The position numbers were made by a program, and so were the translations under genes. Shown in pieces: positions 15,816-30,701 of a stretch of DNA of 64,000 nt. Every line of letters begins with the position of its first letter. Positions within the stretch are counted from its first letter, which is position 1. A model generated the notes under the pieces. The model was given only the letters and a program-made list of their open reading frames with translations. It made no database searches and was not told where the DNA came from. This stretch comes from Octopus vulgaris (lineage: Eukaryota), in NCBI GenBank assembly GCA_951406725.2, contig OX597814.1, forward strand, positions 144,398,001-144,462,000, read 5' to 3'.

Positions 15816-16096
15816 CCAGTGTTTGTGTCCATCAAAAAGAAAATCCAGAAAATCTCATTGAGGAATATATATAAATTCAGGAGATATGAGAGGCGAAGAC
15901 AGATTTGTTTATTATGCAAGAAATTATACATACATGTTCGCATCAATATATATATATATACGTACTTAGCATTATACAATATAACTCAGGCTACTGAAAT
16001 CATAAACTTTTATGTATTAAAGAATAATCTGCACACTTATGTATTGAGTTTTTTAATTTATCCCTTCTCGGTGAATCAACAAAGAATCACATACAT

Positions 16097-16158
<62 letters not shown>

Positions 16159-16211
16159 ACACAGAAACGCACATATATGTAAATATATATATATGTATAC
16201 ACATACATACA

Positions 16212-16245
<34 letters not shown>

Positions 16246-16310
16246 CATACATACATACATACATACATACATACATACATACATACATACATACGTACAT
16301 ATATATATAT

Positions 16311-17075
16311 AATTTTGAAAACGATCATTGGAACCTACTACGCAATATTAAGTTTAAGAAAAATATTCCAAGGAACAATCACCTACGATTTTTTAAGAAC
16401 AAGGTCAACCAGTTTAGACTAGCACATGGTATTATTGTCCAATCAGAATAAACAGGAAATCTTTATAATGTTAATATTGATTTATACAATAAACTTCTAC
16501 ATAAAGACATAACTAGCAAGTATAAAGTCGTTAACGAATATGCCCTTAAAATCAGCAACTTAATAGCTAAGAAGATAATGAGTGATTATAAAATTGATGA
16601 CGTCACTGAAATATACCAACCTTCTAGACTCAGGATTACCCTGAAGGACCATAAATAAAATTTTCATTCAGATCCGAAAGTGCGGCTTATTTATCCTTGT
16701 ATGTCAGACACTGGTAAACTTAGTAAACTTATTCTGGATAAATAACTTAATGTCCTTAAATCTAAAATTAAATTTCACCTGTGGTCAAACACACTGGAAA
16801 CTATTAAATGGTTTCAATGCTTAAGCGACAAGAAGAAATCAAAATTCATCCAATTTGACACTGAGAGTTATTATCAATCGATTAGTTCTATTCTACTTAA
16901 TAGGGCTTATTTACGCAAAGAAAAAAAGGATACATACATCCACACCTACATATACTTATCAATGAAGGAAATAAAAGTTATACTTGAGGCGAGGAAGACA
17001 ATAATTCATCACCAAGGAAGATTTTGGACTAGAAAGGATGCACCAGATTGCTTTGATATACCAATCGGCGCGCAA
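16311..17075 (+). pseudogene. Penelope-like reverse transcriptase, Naiad-type, with stops
   Basis: FENDHWNLLRNIKF..QSE*TGNLY..ITLKDHK*NF..DPKVRLIYP..SDTGKLSKLILD..WSNT...IKWF..FIQFDTESYYQSIS..ARKTII...W..K....FDIPIG. Matches Naiad RT motifs (DKT, LKDHK, RLINP, FIQFDI..FYPSI, FDVTMG). Confidence 0.88.
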
Positions 17076-17710
17076 AATTTTGATGCAACATCTTTTTCTC
17101 CTTTATTTTTCTATAATTGTTTGCAGTATATTTATACCTATAGCGATATTTTTCAACTACTATTTTCATATTCTTATTACTTGCTCTGGCTGTTTTGTTT
17201 TTATGAATATGATGAATCTTTATTAGAAATCATTCTTTCTCTCTTTTTGGACCTCGCAAAAGGCTTTGATCTAACCCCAAACCTAAGCATTTTTACACTT
17301 GTTCTTTTTTAATTAATTCATTAATTAATTACAGGAGAATAGGAATTGTGTAATAAGCTTCGTTAATTTACTGCTGTTTCTGCTATAAGAAATAGTGCAC
17401 TAAGAGCTGGATGTTTATACAGCATCATGTAACTTCATCGGAGCCATTATATATATTTTTATGAAACCATCTGATAAGGTACTTTAGGATTCATTCTCGT
17501 GTTAGTTATCGATATATAAGGGTCGTCAGATTCGCAATTTTATGAAGTTCATAATATTAACCATATAAAATGAAACAACGCAAAATGTTTAGAGATTAAC
17601 AGGTTAGGCAAGAATATAAAATACAAAACATCAGTGCGAAATAAAAACCTCATTAGGAAGAGATGAACCTATCTAAATGCTCAAAGCTAATGTTCCTACG
17701 CATGTGCATA

Positions 17711-18140
<430 letters not shown>

Positions 18141-18154
18141 ACACACATATACGA

Positions 18155-18440
18155 TACATGTCATTAAGTCCCTACTTAAAAGGGCATATTTAATTATCTT
18201 CTAACGCAGCACTTTACCAAAAACAAGCAACATGTATTGAACAAAATCTAATCAACAATAGACGCACCAATAAACCTGCAGACGAAACCATATATGATTT
18301 CATGCAGAACATAAATGCTAGCACAGTAAAGAACAACAAATAAGGTAGACAAGGAGCAGAATTATAGCTTGCAACAATAAGACAGCATAAAACTGATGAA
18401 AGAATTTTAGAAAATAATATAACGATTAAATGCAACGTAA
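18155..18440 (+). mobile_element. PLE RT thumb fragment (Penelope/Poseidon-like)
   Basis: [33 protein letters not shown] resembles the PLE thumb motif (L..RA..ISS....E...I.Q.L.NN). Confidence 0.55.
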
Positions 18441-18757
18441 ATTATACCAAACGTAATTTCTAAGTACCAAGGACGCCACTCGATCTCACTAGAAATGTCT
18501 TCTTGGTCATTCGACCAGTTAGAAATAGAAGCAAACTCCGCATTAATTCACACTCTAGCGTCTTTAAGAGAGACTGGTCGCGGTTTGGTCTCACAGGTTT
18601 TCCTTAGTCGGTCAGATCCTGGAGCTGAAAAATAATGACGACGATGATGCTAACCGCAGTCACAACAACGGGACACGAACTCTTGGCTGTCCGCTGGCAA
18701 CTTTTTCCATCTTATAAGGGTAAAATATCCAATCTTTTCATTGCTTTCATGGATATA

Positions 18758-19150
18758 GGCGCAGGAGTGGCTGTGTGGTATGTAGCTTGCTTACCAACCA
18801 CATGGTTCCGGGTTCAGTCCCACCTTGGGCAAGTGTCTTCTACTATAGCCAAAGCCTTGTGAGTGGATTTGGTAGAGGGAAACTAGAAGAAGCCCGTTTT
18901 AGATGGATATGTATATATGTGTATGTGTGTGTGTGTGCGTGTGTGTGTGTTTGTGCGTCTGTGTTTGTCCCACCAACATCGCTTGACAACCGATGCTGGT
19001 GTGTTTACGTCTCTGTAACTTAGCGGTTCGGCAAAAGAGTCCTATAAAAATAAGTACTAGGCTTACAAAGAATAAGTCCTAAAGGTGGTGCTCCAGCATG
19101 GCGGCAGTCAAATGTCTGAAACAAGTAAAAGAGTAAAAGAGTAAAGAGTA
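18758..19150 (+). mobile_element. tRNA-derived SINE (family A, CORE-like)
   Basis: GGCGCAGGAGTGGCTGTGTGGT A-box, GGTTCAGTCCC B-box, CCTTGGGCAAGTGTCTT, internal (TG)n, tail (AGTAAAAG)n. Confidence 0.9.
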
Positions 19151-20007
19151 TACTGCGTTCGAAATATTACTTTCTTCTCTGTAAAATACGAAGCACATCG
19201 ATACTTCCAAAAGTTTGTTTATAAAATGTTGTTACATAAAGTATATTTAGTGAAGCCAAAGAAGACACTCTGTATGTGGTATCTCGACTAGCTAGAAGTA
19301 GCAGTCAAATCTTCCTTAATTAACATTCTATTGTTGTCTACATGAAAATGAACGCTGAACACTATAGTTCAGATATACAAAAAAGTTGGGATAGGATACG
19401 ATAATCACAACCGAAACGACTTTGAATATTAGTGCTTCTCGGTCAGAGCTGAACTGGAATTTGTCAAGTATAGCCGCAACAACTCTAATTATAGATCATA
19501 CAAACACATGCAATATGGAAGCAACGTGGGAGAATTGAAAAGGGGAGGGGAAATTGCCATGCATAATACAACTAAGTGACTTTCAACTTGTTAAGCTTAT
19601 CAAATAATCTCGGAAAAGATGGAAAAATTATATAAAAGCAAATTTGTTTTGTGTATCTCGGGAGGATCGTTATTACATGAGCCAATGAAGGAATTTCTAT
19701 GTGGCTGTGTAGCTTGCTAGGATTATAAACCAAGAGTATAAACACATGCACTCGTTCTATATCAGATCTGAAGTTGAGAGGGTATGTCATTGATGAGGTA
19801 GTAAACCGCGACCGAAGAACTTTCACAAACAGTTAAATGATTGATTGACTAGCGTTTAATCAAAGCATCAATTTGTTAACTGGTTAAATGGCTGACAAAT
19901 TGAGTGATAATTATAAAAGAAGTGAATAGAATCAATGCATGCGCTTATTATTAACATAATGACTCACAACAAAATCTGTTTCAACACACGAGTTCATATT
20001 AAGACAA

Positions 20008-20247
20008 TAGTAATCCCTCGACTATCGCGTATGTTACGTTCCAAAACGATAGATGAAAATCCGCTAAGTAGAAACAGTACTGTACTGTATATATTTTTTA
20101 TTTTTATAATCTGTATATATTTACTTTATCATAAATGCAAAACAACACCGCGTAGGAATCGACGTAAGCTTGACTAATAAACCACGATAGGTGAACCGCG
20201 ATAGGTTAACCGTGATAGGTGAACCGCGATATGGTGAGGGATTACTC
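20008..20247. mobile_element. pogo/Tigger-type MITE
   Basis: TIRs AGTAATCCCTCG / GAGGGATTACT; repeated subterminal ACCGCGATAGGTGA motifs. Confidence 0.7.
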
Positions 20248-21294
20248 TATTGCAAATCAAATATAAAAACGAAAAATTATATTTGGTTTTCTTATTAATA
20301 AAGAGAGAATCGGGACAAAAAAATTTTCATAGAAAAAATTTTTAGGAATGCCTGGCGTTTGTCAGTTCAAGAATCACCTGACTATTGCTCCCTATTCTTT
20401 TTCATAAATTACTGAAGAAAACGTGGACTTATATAATCAGATGTTTTCTGCTCACTAACAACGCAAGGACATATTCATGTTATTATCCCGACAAATGCAT
20501 TTTTTTAGAAAATGTATTTACAATGTAAATATTGCATCTTGCTTAAACGTTCCATTTCTAAGAAAAATCACGGCACCTCTCAATACCTACAATGCTTTAT
20601 TATGAAATACAACGCTCTAAAAGAGGTGCTCTTACCCATTTTAAAATCCACTGAGCTACAGAAATCTATATTTTTGTTGTTCTTGTAATTATTGTTAAGA
20701 TTCGGGTCAAGCCTCATGAAGTACACCTATTGTGAAGGATGTCCTAGTAAGTTCTAGGGCTACATTATACAATAGTCTATCCTTTATAGTAATTTTAAGG
20801 ACGATACAGTGGGTAATTAGGACATTGTTCAGCATGTTCTTACAATTTTAAGATGGCAGGGATGTGATATGAAGGAGATTTGGTTTATAATTCTAGCAAG
20901 CTACACAGCCTCATAGAAATTCCTTCATTGGCTCATGTAATATGAAGTTTCACAGGAATAATATGGTAACTCCCAGTTTTCCACAGCCTATCTATGCCTC
21001 TATTTAGCAAATCTTCAAGCCACTTTCTATGTTCAAGAGCCATACTAACTCAAACTTCGGGTTATGGGAGGAAATTTAGCCAAAATACCTCTGTCTCCAA
21101 ATATAAATTTTTCTATTGGTGATTGGAACCACGTCTGTGCAAAGTCGTCGGACATGATGTTTATAGCCAATCATAACAGCCTCAGCAGTCACCATTATAA
21201 AATATGAATAGAAATTATAAGATATGCGTACGTGTGTATAAATGTATTTATATATACATACATCTACGCACATACATATACATACATATATATA

Positions 21295-21527
21295 ATCCTT
21301 TCTACTAAAGGCACAAGGTCTGAAATTTTGGTGGGGCGGGGACTAATTGATTATATCGACCCTCGTCTTCAACTGGTACTTATTTTATCGACCCCGAAAG
21401 AATGAAAGGCAAAATCGACCTCAGAGGAATTTGAACTCAGAACATAGCGACGGGCAAAATACCGCTAAGCATTTCGTCCAGCGTGCTACAGATTCTACCA
21501 GCTCGCCGTCTTACACACGTATATATG

Positions 21528-21559
<32 letters not shown>

Positions 21560-21990
21560 TTCAAACTTTTGCCATAAGGACAGCTCGTGGGAAGGGATTA
21601 AGTTGATTACATCGACTCCAGTGCGTAACTCGTACTTACTTAATCGACCCTGAAAGGATGAAAGGCAAAGTCGACCACGGCGGAATTTGGACTCAGAACA
21701 TAGCAGCAGACGAAATACCTATTTCTTTACTACCCACAAGGAGCTACACACAGAGAGGACAAACAAGGACAGACAAACGGATTAAGTCGATTATATCGAC
21801 CCCAGTGCGTCACTGGTACTTATTTAATCGACCCCGAAAGGATGAAAGGCAAAGTCGACCTCGGCGGAATTCGAACTCAGAACGTAACTGCAGACGAAAT
21901 ACCGCTAAGCATTTCGCCCGGTATTCTAGTAATTCTGCCAGATCGCTAACGATTCTGCCAGCGCGCTAGCGATTTCCGCTAGCGCACCGC
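21295..21990 (-). mobile_element. Cluster of family B SINEs (monomer + dimer)
   Basis: Three copies of ATCGACCCYGAAAGRATGAAAGGCAAA.TCGACC..AATT.GRACTCAGAAC. Confidence 0.9.
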
Positions 21991-22559
21991 CATATGCATT
22001 TATATAATAATATTTTGTATAAAAGATGGTGTGTTAGGCCAAAACAAAGCGAATGAAATGCAAGGTAAATCACACGAAAACAAATATGTGAATTAATATA
22101 GACTTACCTTGTAGACAATATTTCGGGGTTATGAAAAGCACAGAGAGAACCCTAATTCAAACACCTTGGTGTCTTTAACTAAGATCACTCTAATCAAGTC
22201 TCCAACCTAAGGATGATTTGATTTTTAAGCAGATGATCTGAGATTTATATCCCTGTTTCTCTTCTACCCATCAGTTTTGAAAACCTGTAAAGGTATTGGA
22301 CTCTACTTTTCTTCCTATGGCAACGCAATCACATTTATTTTTAAAATAAATATTCATATATTTATTTATATAGGTATTTTACTTCGAAAAACAACAACGC
22401 CAATATGCTGTCATATGTGTTTGTGTGTATGCTTGTGTTTTTACCTGCATATATATATATATGAATGTAGAATGTTCCCTGTAGTAGGCCACAAGATTGC
22501 ACTAAAGTAAAACTTTTCAGAGACTTTTCCATGTACGTTTATTAAAAACGAACAAGTCC

Positions 22560-23275
22560 AAGTATTTCTGAAAGCGCTAGGTTTCTGGCGGCGCGCTGTG
22601 TCCTTCAGCAACACACTTTATTTCGTGTTCTCCGGGTCACTCAGCTAGTAAAAGTGAATTGTACCTGTACTTTAAAGGGCCAGTCATGTCAAATTCTGTG
22701 TCACACTGAATCTCACTGAGAACAACATAAAGGGTACGCGTATCTGTGGAGTGCTCAGCCACTTGCACGTTAATTTCAAGAGAAGGCCATTCTGTTAATC
22801 GGATCAACTGGAACCCTCGTCGTCGTAACCGACGGAGTACAGTTGTAGTTTATATACATAAGGTACAGGCGTGACTGGGTGTTATAAAACTTCCTTCCTA
22901 ACCACATAGTTCCGAGTTCAGTCCCACTGTGTGGCACCTTAGGCAAGTGTCTTGTAATAGAGCCTCGGGCGGACCAAAGCCCTATGAGTGGGTTTGGTGC
23001 ATGGAAACTAAGAGAAGCCCATTGTATGTATGTGTATATATATATATAATACGTATGTATATATATCTATGTGTATATGTCTGTGCTTGACAGCCGGTGT
23101 TGGTGTGTTTACCTCCTCATAACTTAGCGGTTCGGCTTAAGACACAGATATAATAAGTACTAGGCTTACAAAGAATAAGTCGATGTCTTCGGCTAATAAA
23201 CCCTTTGAGGTGGGGGGGGCATGACCGCAGTGAAATGATTTAAACAAGTAAAAAACTAAAGAAAGGAATAAAAGA
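22560..23275 (+). mobile_element. Adjacent family C and family A SINEs
   Basis: 22560-22845 matches 15527 copy; 22867-23275 matches 18758 copy. Confidence 0.85.
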
Positions 23276-23308
23276 ATATATATATATGCATATATATGTA
23301 TATGCATG

Positions 23309-23358
<50 letters not shown>

Positions 23359-23387
23359 AATATATATATATATGTGTGAGTATATAG

Positions 23388-23419
<32 letters not shown>

Positions 23420-23498
23420 TATATATATGCATGTATATAAATATATCTATGTATATATTTGTATGTATATATATGTATGTATATATATATATATATGA

Positions 23499-23540
<42 letters not shown>

Positions 23541-23542
<2 letters not shown>

Positions 23543-23863
23543 TACAAAATTAGAGAATGGAGAAAGATACTTAAATCAATAAAACATCATATCTATGTGC
23601 TAGTTGTTGCTTGTGATTATGTATGCGTATAAGTGTATGTATATACATATAACTATGTGTGTATGTGCGATTGATCTGTAGATGCGTGTGTGAATATTGG
23701 CGTTCCTTGACTAACCAACCGTATAATTTTCTTTTGTGATTTAAATTTCAAACCAATAGCCAATCGAATTAATCTAAATTTTCTTTACCTAGTGGTCAGC
23801 ATTTCTAAACTCATAGTTATTTCGTTCTTGAAAGGATGGACTTTGTGCAAACTTAACTGTATC

Positions 23864-23912
<49 letters not shown>

Positions 23913-24735
23913 ATTAATAGTAATTTTTATTAACTTTTATAGCTTTAGAATTTTATGAACTGAACCATGGTTTTAATTATTATTTTTCATCTCCCTGTGT
24001 TAGGTTTTTTTTAAAAAAAATATTAGCCAAATATGTATAATATCGGTACTTATTAATATTAATATATACACTGATATATATTTTGTTTTATTTTGTTCTG
24101 TTTACCTTCCTTTATTGTACCAATGTGTATTATATTATATAAGTGTAGCATTATGATGTATAAGTTTTTATATTTTACATTTTTATATTTTTATATTTAT
24201 ATGTATATGATTATATAATATTTTTCACAATTATAACAAATTTAATTTAATTCTCTGAAGAGGCCGTGGGGCATCCTTGTTAATGCCTCATTTATACCTG
24301 CCTTTATGGCTTATAGGTTAAATGAGGTATGACTGCCCTCACTGCCGAAACAGCTGTCAGTTTTGATTAATTGCATATTATATTTAAAATTTTTTACTTA
24401 TATCTCTTTATCTTTTTACTATTAATGTATATCTCTTTTTGTATAATGCCTCTACTCATATGTAATGGTGTATTAAAGTATTGATTGGGTATCATCGGAT
24501 AGTTGATGTTTTATTGATTTAAGTATGTTTCTCCATTCTCTAATTTTGTAGTATTAATTTACGGTAATATTATTACCTTTACCCATATAATACATTAGAT
24601 GAACTGATTGTTTGACAATTTTTAACATCTATGTATTAATCTTGTTGGGTACCTATCTGGCAGTATATTGGATATATATTATCCCATGGTGGGTTGAATT
24701 TTCAACCCCTATCTCATTTTATAACATAATATTAT
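23541..24735 (+). mobile_element. Fold-back PLE-end insertion in (TA)n
   Basis: 23541-23589 is an inverted copy of about 24505-24553; AT-rich 3'UTR-like body; hammerhead at 24251-24360; about 180 bp tail. Confidence 0.8.
24251..24360 (+). ncRNA. Type I hammerhead ribozyme motif with long stem II
   Basis: CTGAAGA 24255-61; stem II GGC.GTGGGGCA/TGCCCTCAC.GCC plus ATGCCTCATTTATACCT/AGGTTAAATGAGGTAT; GAAA 24347-50; palindrome CAGCTG; GTC triplet. Stem I is weak. Confidence 0.8.
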
Positions 24736-24750
24736 ATATATATATATATT

Positions 24751-25183
24751 ATGTGAAATAGAAAGATGAATAATCTTGTAGTAGATTAATCAAAAGTTTA
24801 ACCGATACCTTAGTAGCAAAAATCACAGCAGTAAAACAGCACGGTTGGAGGTACAACCATATGGTGTTGCAACCGTGCGTTGGTGCGGATAATTGAAATT
24901 AGAACATTATTGGTGAATTGAAGAAATGGAGCTGAACGCAGATTGAACAGAAATCGTTTTATTTCATTCTACACGTGTTTCGAAAGGCACAAATTACCAA
25001 AATCCGATGGAATAATGGGACCATATTGTGTCTTTCTCTTCAGGAAGAAAATAGGAAATCCGTTGGAAAAACAAAAACAGAACAGAGGCGGAGCAAAAAC
25101 AAATCGAACTATGCTCCTAAGAGCCCATGGCGAAACTCTGTTCAATCTGCGTTCAGCTCCATTTCTTCAATTCACCAATAATG

Positions 25184-25187
<4 letters not shown>
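24751..25187 (-). mobile_element. Fold-back PLE-end insertion in (TA)n
   Basis: Perfect 51-bp inverted repeat 24901-24951 / 25137-25187; hammerhead between the arms; about 150 bp tail. Confidence 0.88.
24962..25050 (-). ncRNA. Type I hammerhead ribozyme, intact core
   Basis: Minus: TTC-CTGAAGA-GAAAGACACAA...TTGTGCCTTTC-GAAA-CACGTG-TA-GAA. Stems I and II pair, palindromic stem III, GUA triplet. Confidence 0.9.
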
Positions 25188-25222
<35 letters not shown>

Positions 25223-26120
25223 TGTATATATATATATTCATATATATATACATATATATATATTCATATATATATACATATATATATATGAATATATATA
25301 TACACATACATAAATATATATATATATATATATTACATATACATATGTGTGTCTGTGTGTGTGTGTATGTATGAATTGATAGATAAATGAAAATATGAAT
25401 GTGTATGTATAAACGAGTGTGTGTGCGCACGCGTGTATTATTCTATACATACGCACACACACAATGAGAAATAAATAAACAGTGATAGACACAAACATAC
25501 AGGTTACCGAGGGAACTTCGTCCATTACTAATAGAAGCTAACAGTGTGTATAATTTTTCTATCTCATATTTTTATTCACTAATAAACGAATATTCTACAG
25601 AAAATAATAAGGAATTTGAATTACTTTTTTTCTCATCAATCAGATGAAGCTGCGTGTTCTACAGGCGTGTATCACTGACGTAATTCTCGAGAATAATAAA
25701 CATGACAGAGAGTGATGAGGATGGATATTTGATAACTAGGTTCAATCCACACGAGGAGTTTCCAAGTATTCCAACTACTCAGTTTTATACAAACGACTCT
25801 GACAAAACGCGTCTGACAAAGATACCACTTAATGGGACCGAACCTGGATCTTCGTAACTAAGAAGTGAAATTTTATATGTAAATATGTAAATATATAATG
25901 TACGCGTGTATATACACACAGACACATATACATATCGTTTCTATGGTATACATGTAGGTGTTTACGTGTGTATACACACACATGCGCACATATCTTGTAC
26001 ATGAAGCTGACGAGGGATTTCATCCGGAGGAAACTATGGAGAAATAATGAACTTCATGCAAGAAAAAACAATATATGATGTGTATATACGTGTGTGTGTT
26101 TCATTGTGTTGTGTGTGTGA

Positions 26121-26167
<47 letters not shown>

Positions 26168-26351
26168 CATGCATGCATACATACATACATACATATATAT
26201 AGTTAGTTAAAGTTAATCCAAACATGAAAACACAAAGAGAAAATAGTATTATTGGACGCTCATATATACATATATATGCACATATACGTATATATATAGA
26301 CCATCATGAGACAAATTAGCCTTATATATACAAAATATTTATATATACATG

Positions 26352-26393
<42 letters not shown>

Positions 26394-26711
26394 TATGTAT
26401 GTGTGTGTGTGTGTGTATGTATACACACACAATATTTATAAACAAACCAGAAGGGTTTGTAAGTTACGGAGAATATATATTATTATAGCTATTATTGCGT
26501 GTCTGTATATATATATATATATATATATATTGGCTAATGTTATCTAAAAGTTTCCAACCCGAAGACATGACTACATACGCAGTGTATTGGATTTGTGTGT
26601 GTGTGAAATATGTCTGTGTACGTCTGTATGTATGTGTATGTATATCTCTATATATAATAAATATATATATGTATATGCATATAAAACAAATATGTGTAAT
26701 ACATATTGCAC

Positions 26712-26764
<53 letters not shown>

Positions 26765-26768
<4 letters not shown>

Positions 26769-27108
26769 TAAAAACGGTAAGATAACAAAAGAAAGAAAGA
26801 GACCTCAATATTATGTAAATAGAGGAAATTTATCTATAAAATAATATGTTACATTTACTCAATAGTCAAGATAGAACTCTGAGTTTCAGATGCCGAAGTG
26901 GAAATCCACAACACCATCTCTTCGGTTATCTGGCCATCTGAAAAACGCTATGAAAAAAAATAAATAAATAAAATAAAAAATCAATTTTTTTTTCATAGCG
27001 TTTTTCAGATGGCCAGATAACCGAAGAGATGGGCGTTGTGGATTTCCACTTCGGCATCTGAAACTCAGAGTTTTATCTTGACTATTGAGTAAACGTAACA
27101 TATCATTT

Positions 27109-27112
<4 letters not shown>
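26765..27112 (-). mobile_element. Fold-back insertion in (TA)n with hammerhead-like motif in both arms
   Basis: ~126-bp inverted repeat 26835-26960 / 26985-27112; 70 bp tail; AGATAA-CCGAAGA-GATG..CATC-T-GAAA-CTCAGAG-TT-TTATCT at 27015-27078. Confidence 0.85.
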
Positions 27113-27177
<65 letters not shown>

Positions 27178-27502
27178 TCAAAAACAATATATCTCTGGTG
27201 TACAGTTCTCTATGAGGTTTATATAATTCTATATCAGTCCTGATACATATGATGAAAAGCGTTCCAGCCATGACCAACACATTTTCTTGTGCATCAAATG
27301 TGCCGCATTTGTTCCTTCATTAATGAGATAACGGGTGATTTTGAAAAGATTTAGCTGATATTTCCTGGAGGATGAGTGGCGGCATAACTATTCCCCACAT
27401 CAGTTCATTAACGGAAGGGAAAATTTATTCTTGTATAACTTTTATGCTTAACATAACAGCTTCGATAATAGTAGGAAATAAAAATCATGTTATACAATAT
27501 TG

Positions 27503-27542
<40 letters not shown>

Positions 27543-27546
27543 TATA

Positions 27547-27761
27547 GGCGTAGGAGTGGCTGTGTGTTAAGTAGCTTGCTTACCAACCACATGGTCCGGG
27601 TTCAGTCCTATTGCATGAGACCTAGGGCAAGTGTCTTCTACTATTGCCTCGGGCCGGCCAAAGCCTTGTGGGTGGGTTTGGTAGATGGAAACTGAAAGAA
27701 GCCCGTCGTATATATGTATATATGAGTGTGTGTGTGTGTGTGTGAGTGAATGTTTGTGTGT

Positions 27762-27804
<43 letters not shown>

Positions 27805-28010
27805 CGTTTGTGTGTCTGTGTTTGTCCTTCCAACATTGCTTGACAACCGATGCTGGTGTGTTATGTCCCCGTAACTTACCGGTTCGGCAAAAGAGACCGA
27901 TAGAATAAGTACTAGGCTTACAAAGAATAAGTCCTGGGGTCGATTTGCTCAACTAAAAGTCGTTGCTCCAGCATGGCCACAGTTAAATGACTGAAACAAG
28001 TAAAATAGTA
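27547..28010 (+). mobile_element. SINE family A
   Basis: Full-length match to 18758 copy. Confidence 0.92.
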
Positions 28011-28013
28011 GAC

Positions 28014-28068
<55 letters not shown>

Positions 28069-28408
28069 TCAGATAAGTTGAATCGTTAATAAATGCCTTA
28101 CAATGTTTCTTCTGATTCTACTTTTCTAAGTTCAAATGCCGCTGTGGTCAAATTTGTTTTTTCACCCTTACCGCATCTCTAAGTCTCTCTCCCTTTTTTG
28201 AACACACACAAGCACTGACGCACGCACGCACACACACACACACACACACACATACACACACACACAGAATCAGCTGCACAAGAAATATTTGGAACCACTC
28301 AGCACCCTTTTTCTGAAAGACATTCAGTTCCACTTTTTCTCAGTAGCAGAAAGTGGTTGCTGCGTTCTGACATATATAAGTGCGTATGTATGTTTGTTTG
28401 TATGTATG

Positions 28409-28471
<63 letters not shown>

Positions 28472-28531
28472 TATAGATATATATATATGTACACCACCTG
28501 TCTTCGTCTTTTGTTTTTTTTCGTAAGCTCT

Positions 28532-28609
<78 letters not shown>

Positions 28610-28616
28610 GTAAAAA

Positions 28617-28864
28617 ATATATATAAAAATACAAAATGGGACAAGAACGCAAAACACTCAAATAGACGACACAAAAAACGGACGGGTCATTCGAAGCCTC
28701 TAATCTTCAGTCAAGAACCGGATCATCCTCGCAATTTCGAGGCTTCGAATGACCCGTCCGTTTTTTTGTCGTCTATTTGAGTGTTTTGCGTTCTTGTCCC
28801 ATTTTGTATTTTTATATATATCTTTTATACATATATTATTGCGGCGTAACGTACACCTTGTTCT

Positions 28865-28867
<3 letters not shown>
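28617..28867 (+). mobile_element. Fold-back insertion in microsatellite
   Basis: Near-perfect ~83-bp inverted repeat 28617-28700 / 28739-28821, 38-nt spacer, ~46 bp tail then (TA)n. Confidence 0.85.
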
Positions 28868-29428
<561 letters not shown>

Positions 29429-29861
29429 CTGAGTAAATAGTTCAACAGAAAATATTTGCGAAGACACCATCAGCTGCAGACTGAGATATGGGGGAGGGGG
29501 ATCCCAGACAGGCAAACATAATTCTGCTTTTATTATCATAGTTAAACGTTTTTTAACTATAATAATAAAAGCTTTTTTTACATTAATATGCGCTGCTGAA
29601 ATTAGATTGCATTAAAATGCTCTCGAGTATTTTCTGCCATCAAATACGCGATATAGATTCGAACAAACACTGCACAGCATTCTGACGGAAGTTCTAACAA
29701 TTCCACCAGATCATAATCAGTATGAAACCACTGGTATTACATTAATGCCAATCTTTCTATTAAAATAAACTATTCATCAACCTATGCGGTGTTGATTATT
29801 CATTTTCGTTTTAATTATATGTGTGTAGAAAGATAGACAGACAGACACACACACAGACATA

Positions 29862-30455
29862 CATCATCATCATTGCTCGACCGTGATCGAGACAATGGAA
29901 TTTACCATGCTACGCCAGACTTCACGGTCCGTCATAGCATTACGGAGGTCCTGTTGCTGGATACCTGTATCCGTGGAGATTACATCAGGGTAGGAGAGTG
30001 TGCGCCCTCTGGTATCGCGAGTAGATGGCTTCCAGAGAAGAGTAGAAATTGCCTCGTTTTCAGCTCTACAACAATGTCCAGCAAACTGGACTCTCCTACC
30101 TTTCACAAGAGATGACACAGGTGGTAGTTTCCCATATATTTGCATTTTGGTTGGATGACGCTTCCACGAGAGATTTTGAGCTCTCATAAGGAGGCGAGTG
30201 TAGGTTCCATCCAACCACCTCTCAAGCTTCTTTGATAACGTCCAGGTTTCTGAGCCATATAGTAGAATTGGTTCGACTGTGGATTTGAAGATTTTAAGTT
30301 TGAAGTCTCTACTTAGATTTGATGACCAGATCTTATGCATATCGTTACAGACTGACCAGGCCATACCCTTTCTAGTTAGAAAATCTTTTCCAGATGATGA
30401 TATGTATGACCCAAGATATTTGTAATCAGAAACCATATTTAAGGGCGTATTGTTG
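29862..30455 (-). mobile_element. 5'-truncated RTE-group LINE (RT C-terminus + TGA-repeat tail)
   Basis: ORF 29870-30478: DYKYLGS, KLKIFKSTVEPILLYGSETWTL, RRVQFAGHC.R; ends TGATGATGATG. Confidence 0.9.
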
Positions 30456-30518
30456 AGAGTATGGATACACAGACACACAGACAGACAGAGATACAGACAG
30501 ACAGACAGACAGACAGAC

Positions 30519-30577
<59 letters not shown>

Positions 30578-30578
30578 C

Positions 30579-30701
<123 letters not shown>

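Noticed and set aside
18758-18830. tRNA genes at SINE heads
   Set aside because: A/B boxes present but no complete cloverleaf; these are multi-copy SINE 5' ends.
28680-28715. CTGAAGA...CGAATGAC as hammerhead in the 28617 fold-back
   Set aside because: No GAAA and no convincing stem II.
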